Source: Macrostomum lignano (Eukaryota). From it: 64,000 nucleotides of DNA. Below are positions 47,701-57,900 of the stretch, in pieces (the first letter of the stretch is position 1; each line of letters begins with the position of its first letter). The notes under the pieces are model-generated. The model did not search any database. It had not been told where the DNA came from and saw only the letters and a program-made list of their open reading frames with translations. The DNA is taken from the NCBI GenBank assembly GCA_002269645.1, contig NIVC01001887.1, positions 62,001-126,000 on the forward strand. Direction: 5' to 3'. Both the position numbers and the translations under genes were made by a program.

Positions 47701-49342
47701 CCTGCTCGAACGGCACCCTCTCCAAGGCCTACCGAAGACAGACGACCGCCGCGCCGGGCCGCGCCGGGATGTCCGCGCCGAAGGAAAAAATTGCGGAGGG
47801 CTCGCGGGGCCACCGGTCGCTGATCTACCAGCAGAAGTGCGGAGAGTGAGCGGCACAGCTTATTATTATGTAATATGCTATGCATACTGCTATGAGTAGA
47901 ATTCTGGGCACACAAAGTGACTGTACAAGCTGAATGAATGCCAAGACGTGTTGGAAATCCCGAAGGTCAGGCAGACTGAAGATTATTGAGAGAGAGCAGC
48001 GCATTCGGTTCTCAAGCTCGAAACTTAACAAGCAAGAAAATTTACACAGGAGAACTCTGGAAATTCAATCCAGCGAAACTGACTAGCAAGTACTGTGCCC
48101 GAGTAGCACTTGCCGGATGAGCAACCTTTAGCCATCAGCATTTTTACATTGATCCGAGAAATATTTGAGAAACAATCTTGAGCAAGACTTGAGAAATCTT
48201 GAGCAAACTTGAGCAAGATTTGAGCAATCCTGACCAAGATTTGAGCAATCTTGAGCAAACTTGAGCAATCTTGAGCAAGACTTGAGCAATCTTGAGCAAG
48301 ACTTGAGCAAGATTTGAGCAATCCTGACCAAGATTTGAGCAATCCTGAGCAAGATTTGAGCAATCCTGAGCAAGATTTGAGCAATCCTGAGCAAGATTTG
48401 AGCAATCCTGAGCAAGATTTGAGCAATCCTGAGCAAGAGTTGAGCAATCCTGAGCAAGATTTGAGCAATCCTGAGCAAGAGTTGAGCAATCCTGAGCAAG
48501 ATTTGAGCAATCCTGAGCAAGACTTGAGCAATCTTGAGCAAACTTGAGCAATCTTGAGCAAGACTTGAGCAATCTTGAGCAAACTTGAGCAAGATTTGAG
48601 AAGCAATCTTGAGCAAGACTTGAGCAATCTTGAGCAATCTTGAGCAATCTTGAGCAAGATTTGAGAAATCTTGACAAAAATTTGAACAATTTTAAGCAGG
48701 ATTTCAGAAATCTTGAGCAAGACTTGAGCAGCAATCTTGAACAAGATTTGAGAAGCTATCTTGAGAAAGATTTGAGCAATATTTGTTTTTTTAAGGTTGT
48801 TTTACATTATGGCTAACAGCTCAACACTGGTTAAATCAGTCTTAAAATGGGTCTGAACAAACTGTACATTCATTTGAGCAATCTTAGACCTGCGGAGCTG
48901 CTGGCCCCTAGAGTTGACACTATGCATCGTACGGGACATCATGGGAAAATTTACAAATTACAATTACAAAAAACTCTGAATTCTTTCTCGAACTCCCAAA
49001 CACCCAGACTGGAAGCCAGCAACGCCACAGGCTCCCTCGACTTTCGCCTGGAGGCCTGGAAGCACCTGATTCCTGGCAGGAAGTACATCGCCGACCTGCA
49101 GCGAGAGGCTGTCGTCCCATCCATGTTCAAGATGGACTCTGGGGAGTCCTATCCGTTAAAGTTCTCCAAGTACTCCAACGGTGTAGGTCATTGTCCGCCT
49201 GTCTGTCAGTCATCTCAGCTGGCATCTTCTTCATGATCTCTCTGGCAGCTCGCTGTCCTTTCAGGTGTCCTGCGTTGAGTGCTCACCGATTGTGGAAGCC
49301 AATCATGAGGCCGGCAATGCTGTGGTTCACTTCATCGGCAAG

Positions 49343-49378
<36 letters not shown>

Positions 49379-52300
49379 TCTTACTTCCTCAACTCCCCAA
49401 CCCCACAGAGCATTCTGTCCAGGTCTCCCGCCGTAACGCTTGGCGGGCTGCTAGAGTCCCGCTTCCCCGATTTCTGGTCGCTGATGCCGGAGCCGGAGCG
49501 GCAGCTGCTGCGGCAGTCCAGCTGCGACGCCTTCTACACGGTGCTGGTGCCCAAGCAGCTGGACTCGCTGAGGGCGCTCAGTGGCGAGCAGCGATCGGCG
49601 GCTCTCCGAGAGCACATCGTGAAGGGGCTCTGGTGCACCGCCGGGATGATCGACCGGGAGACGCAGCCGGTGGCCACCGTATCCACGGAGAGCGTCAGGT
49701 TTGCCTGCTCGGCGAGCTCCGCCCGCCAGGTGCTGTTCGGTCCGAACTTCAGCCGGAGAGCCACGGTGTCCAGCGCTGCCGGAGAGTTCGACATCATGGC
49801 GGTCAACGGCGTCCTGCAAGTCGTGGATGCGCCAATCCTGCCCAAGGACGGTGAGGGAAAGGAGAGCAGAGGGAGGAGGAAAAGGAGAGCACAGAGGGAA
49901 AAGAGAGAGAGGACAGAGTGAAAATAGAGAGGGCCGAGGGAAAGGAGAGAGGGCCGAGGGAAAGGAGAGAGGGCAGAGGGAAAGGAGAGAGGGCAGAGGG
50001 AAAGGAGAGAGGGCAGAGGGAAAGGAGAGAGGGCAGAGGGAAAGGAGAGAGGGCAGAGGGAAAGGAGAGAGGGCAGAGGGAAAGGAGAGAGGGCAGAGGG
50101 AAATGGAGAGAGGGGGCAGAGGGAAATGGAGAGAGGGGGCAGAGGGAAGGAACAAGAGGCAGGCAAGCAGGCAGCGCAGCAATACTTTCTAAAAAGTTTT
50201 GTTATCAATGACCCACCCGCCACCAGCGCTGTCTCTGCGGACGGCGCTGCAGCTTGAGGAGGCCGAGCCACCCGGCGAAGACTCTGTGGCCTCCGAGCCG
50301 GAGAACCTGTCGGCAGGCCTGGTGCGGGAGTGCTTCCTGAACTTCCAGGAGGGCGACGGCTACATCGTGCTGCTGCCTACGGACGAGGCCTTCCGAAGTG
50401 AGTTTCCGCCTCCTTTGGTGCTTGAAGATGCCGACTGGCTGACTCAACTCAATCTCTCCCCCCCATTCCCAGAATTTTTCACACAGCGCAACATCCCGGA
50501 GGCTGTCGGATTTCACGACAGCGCCGAAATTCGATGCGCTCTGCTGCGTCACCACGTCCTGGCGGCCGGGCGCGGCCTCACGAGCCTCGGCCGGGCGACC
50601 CACGTGCAGCGGGTTTACCGCAGCCTGGCCGGGGACCTCGTGGCCGACTACCTGTTCGTTAAGAACGGCGTACCGAAGGTGCGAAGGGGCTAAGACCCTG
50701 GATCTGGCACTCCCTGACATCTGGCACTCCCTGACATCTGGCACTCCCTGACATCTGGCACTCCCTGACATCTGGCACTCCCTGACATCTGGCACTCCCT
50801 GACATCTGGCACTCCCTGACATCTGGCACTCCCTGACATCTGGCACTCCCTGACATCTGGCACTCCCTGACATCTGGCACTCCCTGACATCTGGCACTCC
50901 CTGACATCTGGCACTCCCTGACATCTGGCACTCCCTGACATCTGGCACTCCCTGACATCTGGCACTCCCTGACATCTGGCACTCCCTGACATATGACAAT
51001 CACTGACATTCCCTTCCTGACATCTCCCACTTAACATTTCGCTCATAAAGCCCTAAGAAGTCTCTCACACCGCACCGCAGGCATTCTTCATGAACGCTGA
51101 AGTCATTCACGACACCGAAGGTCATGCATTCGAAAACGGCCACCTCTACCATGTCAGCGAGGTGCTGGTGCCGCCCGGATCTCCCGTGTGGGGCCGAATG
51201 GTGGATGACATGTACACAGAGCAGTGAGTCAGGCAGCGTCACCGATTGGAATTAATCTAGTTAATGTTGCCAGGATAAAATCTTCTGATTGTGGCGCTAA
51301 AGACTCTGTTCTTAGGATTATCCAGGTAGATTGTGGGATTAGCGAATCTGTTGCCAGGATTATCCAGGTAGATTGTGGGATTAGCGAGTCTGTTTGCAGG
51401 ATTATCCAGGTAGATTGTGGGATTAACGAATCTGTTGCCAGGATTATCCAGGTAGATTGTGGGATTAGCGAGTCTGTTGCCAGGATTATCCAGGTAGATT
51501 GTGAGATTAGTGAATCTGTTGCCAGGATTATCCAGGTAGATTGTGCGATTAACGAATATGTTGCCAGGATTATCCAGGTAGATTGTGGGATTAACGAATA
51601 TGTTGCCAGGATTATCCAGGTAGATTGTGGGATTAGCGAGTCTGTTGCCAGGATTATCCAGGTAGATCATATGTTCTCGATATAATGCAGTCAAAGCACC
51701 CCAAATTAATTCTACTCCAGGAAGCGCGTCATCAACAGGTTCCAGTCGCTGGGGCGGCGCCATGGCAACCGCTTGCTGACCCTGTTCCTGCCCACCAACG
51801 GCTATCACGCGCTGATCGTGAGTTATCGTTGCTACTATGAGTAGGACATACATGTAGCACTCTAAAAATGCAACTTAGAACTACTGCTGCAGAACTTGGA
51901 CACCCTGCGGAGCCACACGGCTGATTCGGTGTTTTACCTGGCCTACCTGACCGAGGACGGCCAGTCGGTGGACCTGACCAATCTGGCTGGCGGGCGGATC
52001 ACCGTGTCCAGGGAGGCCGGACAGTACTTTGCCGCCTGCGGCGAAACGGCGATGCGGTGGAAGGTATTGCAGATTATGGGATATGGGATATGGAATATGG
52101 GATATACGAGTAGGATATGGGATATGGGACACAGGATATGGGATATAGGATATGGGATATGGGATATGGGATATGGGATATACGAGTAGGATATGGGATA
52201 TGGGATACAGGATATGGGATATAGGATATGGGATATGGGATACAGGATATGGGATATGGGATATGGGATATGGGATATGGGATATAGGATATGGGATATG

Positions 52301-52782
52301 GGATACATGATATGGGATATGGGATATGGGATATGGGATATGGGATATAGGATATGGGATATGGGATACATGATATGGGATATGGGATATGGGATATGGG
52401 ATATGGGATATGGGATATGGGATATAGGATATGGGATATAGGATATGGGATATGGGATACATGATATGGGATATGGGATATGGGATATGGGATATGGGAT
52501 ATAGGATATGGGATATGGGATATGGGATATGGGATATGGGATATGGGATATGGGATATGGGATATGGGATATGGGATATAGGATATGGGATATGGGATAT
52601 GGGATATGGGATATGCAATATGGGAAATGGGAAATGCATTGTGGGCTGGCAAATTCCTTCCTCCCCCATCGCAGGTGCCGCTGCGCCACTGCGGAGTCCG
52701 GCTTGCCGCTGGCATCGTGTGCAGCGTCGAGGAGCCGCTGAAGGCCCACGGCAGCGCAGAACTCGGCGGCGCCCTGTCATGA
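44716..52782 (+). CDS. Periostin/TGFBI-like secreted fasciclin protein (signal peptide, EMI-like Cys module, about 4 FAS1 domains), about 703 aa
   Basis: Phase-consistent exons 44716-44846, 46028-46159, 46825-47082, 49008-49182, 49265-49342, 49409-49850, 50227-50397, 50473-50678, 51081-51223, 51721-51817, 51893-52063, 52675-52782. Motifs DCCPGF, TLLALVDEAF, ANHEAGNAVVHFI, DIMAVNGVLQVVD, VLLPTDEAF, NGHLYHVSEVL, TLFLPTN. Confidence 0.85.
44890..45932. repeat. 19-20 bp minisatellite (AGGCCCAGGAGGAGAAGTG) in fasciclin gene intron 1
   Basis: Direct periodicity. Confidence 0.96.
46285..46785. repeat. 20-bp minisatellite (GACTGTTAGATATCCCAGGA) in fasciclin gene intron 2
   Basis: Direct periodicity. 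Confidence 0.93.
47170..47571. repeat. 32-bp minisatellite (CACAGACACATGGGGCCAACCATATTGCACCT)
   Basis: Direct periodicity, about 12 copies. Confidence 0.95.
48170..48780. repeat. 21-bp (10+11) TGAGCAA-based minisatellite
   Basis: Core TTGAGCAATCCTGAGCAAGAT. Confidence 0.92.
49915..50150. repeat. 20-bp polypurine repeat (GGGCAGAGGGAAAGGAGAGA)
   Basis: Direct periodicity. Confidence 0.9.
50702..50990. repeat. 17-bp perfect minisatellite (CTGGCACTCCCTGACAT)
   Basis: About 17 copies starting about 24 nt after a donor. Confidence 0.96.
51260..51666. repeat. 42-bp minisatellite (GTTGCCAGGATTATCCAGGTAGATTGTGGGATTAGCGAATCT)
   Basis: About 9 copies. Confidence 0.93.
52074..52635. repeat. (GGGATAT)n heptamer satellite in the last fasciclin intron
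   Basis: 7-bp periodicity. Confidence 0.96.
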
Positions 52783-52852
52783 TGAAATTCTCGGTTTCCA
52801 TTCGCAAAATGAATAACAAAGTTAACCCAAGCATACTTTAGAATTATGGTTA

Positions 52853-52858
52853 AATAAA
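52853..52858 (+). terminator. Probable polyadenylation signal (AATAAA) of the fasciclin gene
   Basis: AATAAA about 70 nt after the stop codon. Confidence 0.45.
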
Positions 52859-53598
52859 AAATGAAATTGAGCAATATTTCAGTTTATGGCACCCGAAAAA
52901 TTCATGCAGCAGGTGAATCGAATTCTGCCGTTCTCTATCGTTGCCCGAGTTTCTCAGTGTGCGCAGGCGCGGCTCAGAGTCTGCTTCTGCACATTGTGTA
53001 GCCAGTTGGCACAATGGTAGCATTACTAAAGCGGCAAAGCCCCCCCCCCACCCGCCGCTGCTGCTGCTCAGCCAGCTGCACAATAAAGTCCGCCTCTCCT
53101 CTCTCTGTCTGTATCTTCGTCATCTTGAGTATAGGCCGTCTCAAGTTGAGCCGCCAACTCGAGCGTGACCATGTGGACCGATGAGACTTCTCTCTTTTCG
53201 TTTCTGTTCTTGTTCTGCTCTTGAGTCCCCGTCTCTCTCTCGATACAGGGGGGGGGGTGCACGTGCAGCGCATGGCCAGGGAGCACTGGAGTCAGCATCT
53301 GGAGTGGGCGACTCACCCAGAAGTTTGTCTCACTCCAGACATGGCATGAATCAAATTAGCATAATCTCCAGTGACAACTTTTATTCCTTTTATTCCTTGG
53401 GTGGGATAAATTCTCGATGTTAAGTTAATATAAGAATCGATCCTCTTTTCAGTAATTGAAATCTTTTCTACAATCCACGAAAAAAAGAAAGATTTTTCAC
53501 TTCTTTGTTATAAAGTCAAGTATAAGGTATCACCCCCATGGACTGATTTATCTGGCCCACATACAAGACTGAGGACTGCGTTGATTGGCCGAGGATAG

Positions 53599-54530
53599 AG
53601 CGAAAAAGTACAGCGGCACAAGACTGTTTCCGAGGATAAGTTGCGGCTGAAAATTGACGGAAACTTTCCCGAGTCGACGCGGAGGAAGGCCGAGTGGATG
53701 GTGAAGATCTTCATGGAATGGCATGAGGAAAAGAAGAAAGTATGGGCTACCGGCGGAGGACCCTCGTTGATGGTGCTGAAGGAACTGAAGGAGATGTCAA
53801 GGGCTGATTTCAACTATCTTCTAACGTTCTTTGTACTGGAAGTTAGGAAGAAAGATGGTGAGAGATACGCTCGTATGGAGCCTCTTCATTGAAGGATCTT
53901 GTTTTAATGTTACAATTCCATGTTCAAGTTGTTCTCAAGGAATAATCAAGGAGGCCTAAAATCGCTGCGAAAGGATCCAAAATTTGTTCGGGCTTTTCAT
54001 AGCCCGGACCATCAACGTTGCATCGTCTGTGTGTGCAAGGAATTTGTTTCCCATCGTCCTACTGCAGTTGTTGCACAGCCTTGTTCCTTGCAGTCAACAG
54101 GAACTGGAAGGCGGAGACTCAGGGCGAGTGGTATACGAAGGGTCCCATTGGACGCCACACACTTTCAACAGTCGTTTCGGATCTGATGAAGGAAGTCGCT
54201 CCAAATGACACGGCTCGATCCACCAACCAAAGCTTGAGAAAGACATGCGCCACCCGGCTGCAGGAATCCGGCATGCAGCTCGCCGATATATGCCGTGTAA
54301 CGGGGCATAGCAGCACCGCCGTGGAGAAGTACATTGGAGTGTCCGTAAACCAACAGAGAATGATCAGCGAGACGCTCAGGATGACGTCTGGAGTAGCGAC
54401 AACAACACCTGCGTCTACAGCTCCGCCTGATGCCGTCTCAACGTCTGCCGTTGACACTGCGACCCCCAAAAAGAAGATGCGACTAGAAATATGCGGTAAG
54501 ACTAACAGAATCAGCATCCACTTAGATTGA
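53599..54530 (+). mobile_element. Decayed Crypton-like tyrosine-recombinase element (DUF3504-type), internally deleted and frameshifted
   Basis: Fragments NYLLTFFVLEVRKKDGERY; SRNNQGGL..RK.PK.V....RCIV; WYTKGPIGRHTL; TNQSLRKTCATRL..SG...ICRVTGHSS..VEKY are spread over three frames. Confidence 0.8.
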
Positions 54531-54769
54531 TCAATAATTAATTAATTTAATTAACTTCGATTAACAACAATAAGCGTTTATTTACATTTCAATGACATCT
54601 AATTTCTTTTCTTGTCCAGAATTCTAGGTTTTTAGGCATCCATGGGCGGCGCTGGGGTGTTGGTTTGAATGGGGGCCACGCAGGCTGCCACTGGGTGCTG
54701 CGAGAGGCGGCATAAAAATTGCCATCCAAGTTAAGAAGACAATTAGTTAGTGAGAAAGCCCAGCTAGCC

Positions 54770-54960
54770 AGCAGACTCTGATCCGAGCACCTGTCGGCCA
54801 GTGCAGAGACTCTCTGAAGACCCGAGCACCTGTCGGCTAGCGCAGAGACTCTCTGAAGACCCGAGCACCTGTCGGCCAGCGCAGAGACTCTCTGAAGACC
54901 CGAGCACCTGTCGGCCAGCGCAGAGACTCTCTGAAGACCCGAGCACCTGTCGGCCAGCGC
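54770..54960. repeat. 39-bp repeat (about 5 copies) just upstream of the TRP ATG
   Basis: Unit CAGAGACTCTCTGAAGACCCGAGCACCTGTCGGCCAGCG. Confidence 0.92.
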
Positions 54961-54980
54961 ATCACACCGAAAGCTCCAGC

Positions 54981-57900
54981 ATGGCGGAGAGGCGCCGCAA
55001 ACAGGGCCGGCCGGGCGGCTCCCGGATGGCCGTCATCACTGGTCACAGTCCGGTGCTGAATGCCTACTACGACGGCGATCTGGACAAGCTGCGTGAGCTG
55101 CTGGTGGCGGACGAAGACAATCTGATCAACCCCGGCAACACCGGCCAGCCTCTGTGCTTCCTGGCCGCGCGAGAGAACCGCAAAGGGGTCCTGCGCGTCA
55201 TCCACGGCGTCAGCGGCGACCTGCGCTACCTTGGCTACACGGACAACGAGGGCGAAAACTGCCTGTTCACCGCCATCCGCTCCAGCAGCCTGCGGGCCGC
55301 CAAGTTCCTCCTGAGCGTCGGCTTCGACCCGAAACAACAAAACCGACACGGCCAGACGCCGCTGCACATCGCCTGCATCGTCGACGACCCGCACTTCGTG
55401 CACCTCCTGCTCCATTCTGGCGCGGATCCGAACGTCTGCGACTCCAGTGGCAATTTGCCGCTGCACCGCGCCTGCCAGGAGAACCAGCCGCGAATGGTGC
55501 GGATGCTGCTGCTGCACACCCGCGACATCAACGCCAAGGCCGCGGCGAACCGGACGGCGATGCACTTTGCTGCCCTGTCGCAGTCGCTGGACCTGCTGAC
55601 CCTCCTCCTTGCCGCCGGGGCCAGCTGCCACGTCTTCGATTCGGACCGCCGCTCGCCCATGGACATTGTGCTGTCCCTGGGCAACCTCATCATCATGACG
55701 GGCTTGTCTGAGTACTTCACGCACCGCGTGAAGGGCACCATAGACGATCTAGAGACGCTGCAGCACTCTCCAGAATTCGGCGAAGTGCTCACTACGTTGC
55801 AGGCGGTGGACGACGACCTGGAGAACCCGGTTCAGCTGGTGTGCGACTTCCACGGCCTGCAGCCGGTGGAGCTGACGGAAGACATTCAGGCGGGCATCCT
55901 GCAGAAGATCCGCGATCGCGAGCGCCTCGACTTTATGCAGTTTCGCAGTCTGCTCCGTCACGTGATCAGCGGCGACTTGTCCACCCAGCTGGTAGAAAGA
56001 GGCGTCCTGCCAGAGTTCGCCGAGATGGTCGCCAAGCAGGTGCTGTACCGCGAAGACGTCGAAATGCTGCGCCTGCTGATGTTTGGCACCACGCTGTGGC
56101 GGCACCTTTCGGCCGAGCTGGAGAAGCATATCATGACTCTGTACAACGACTGCGGCGAGCTGGGCTCCACCGGCATGCAGAACATGCGCTGCCGGTTCTT
56201 CGGCGACCGAAAGACTGGCCAGGTTTCGGAGGCGCTGATGCTGAAGTTCTTTGCCAAGTTTCTCAACATGTCCAACATGCTGCCGTGCGAGCATGAGCAC
56301 AGCAGCTTCATGCGCAACCCCATCAAGACCCTGCCAGTGTGGTCCGTGCTCACCGGCCGCTTCCTACTCACGGAGGAGCTGCTGAAGGCCGAGCAATTCG
56401 ACATGCTGCCCCTGGGCCTGTTCTGCATCCGGCTGCTGCGCCGGCTGGCCAAGAGCCGCCAGATGCCGCGGCCTTCGAAGAGCCTCATGAACAGCGTTGC
56501 TGACAAGATCGAGAGCGTCTGCATGAAGCTGCTGCGGGCTGTGGACAAACTTGACGTAAGCGAGAAGAAGGCCGTGTCCATAAACTACATCCGGCAAAAG
56601 ATGCCGGCGTACTCCAACCTCACCTGCATGTCGCTGGCTGCCGGAGGCGAGTGCGAGGCCTTCATGGTGATGAACACCGTGCAGACCGCTGTGGAGCGCG
56701 AGTGGTACCAGAAGCTGTTCCATCTCTCCCATTGGCGCCGGGAGATCATCATCCTGCTGGGGATCGTGCCGTACAACCCCATTCTCTACTGGGCGCTGCA
56801 AATCTCGGCCAGCAAGGACGCGGGCGACACCGTGCTGCACTCGCACGAAGAGGCTCCGGTCCCAGTGGCGCAAGACACGTCCGACTCGAGCGGGCACGGG
56901 CACGAAGCCGGGCAGAAGGAGAAGACGATGCCTACCATACAGGAAGAAGGCGCCGCTGAGGATCCCGATCATATCGACGAGCATCACGACTTGGTTCACG
57001 AGGATGCCATGATTGAGCATCACGATGAGCACCACGGTGACAGCCTGCCTCACGACGAGAGAGATGGAGATCAGGAGCACCTGATTGAGCCAGAAGGTCA
57101 CGGCCACGGTCACGGGCACGAAGAGGCTAAGAGTCAAAGTAGCGGTCACGGTCATGGTCACGGTCACGGTCACGGTCACGGTCACGGTCACGCGCATGAC
57201 AAGCCAGAGGCTGCGCCGAGGTCACGGGTGGTGCAGGCAATCATAAACTACGGGTCCACCTGCACGGAGTTCTACCTGACGCCTTGTGTTCGATTTCACT
57301 ACCACATCATCTCGCACTTGGCCTTCATCGTCATGTTCTCCTACGTGATGATTGTGCACTTCAGCTACCGACTGCACGTTGTCGAGACCATCGTGTACCT
57401 GTTTGTTCTCGGCTTCCTGCTCGAGGAGCTGCACGAGATGAACGTTGCCAGACAGAAGGGCACCATGAAGAGCTACTTCCGGGACGGCTGGAACATGATT
57501 GACAACTTCGGCATCGCGACCTGCCTGCTGGGCTTCTGCATGCGGTTGGTCCGCCTGCCCCTGGCGAAGCACACCGACATCCAGCATATTTCCTTCGGCG
57601 ACGACTACTTCTGGTGGACCCGATTCGTGCTCATAATATCCTGCCTGGTGTTCTGGCTGCGCCTGCTGTACGTGTCCACCGTGATGGTGACGCTCGGTCC
57701 CAAGCTGAAGATGATCTCCGTGATGATCACACGCGACCTCGTGCCGTTTCTCATCATGCTGGCCATCATGATGTTCGGCTTCGGGCTCGTCATCCACGGC
57801 CTGCTGTTTCCCAACGGGTTCGCCATGGGCAATCCGCACAAGAGGTCCGGGCTGCGGATCTTCGAGAGCACCTTCCGCATCACCTTCTACGCCATGGTTG

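Noticed and set aside
52074-52635. Interstitial telomere
   Set aside because: The unit is GGGATAT, not the TTAGGG expected for flatworms; kept only as a G4-type satellite.
52880-53350. Short ORFs between the fasciclin gene and the Crypton
   Set aside because: Low-complexity, no homology signal, no coherent exon structure.
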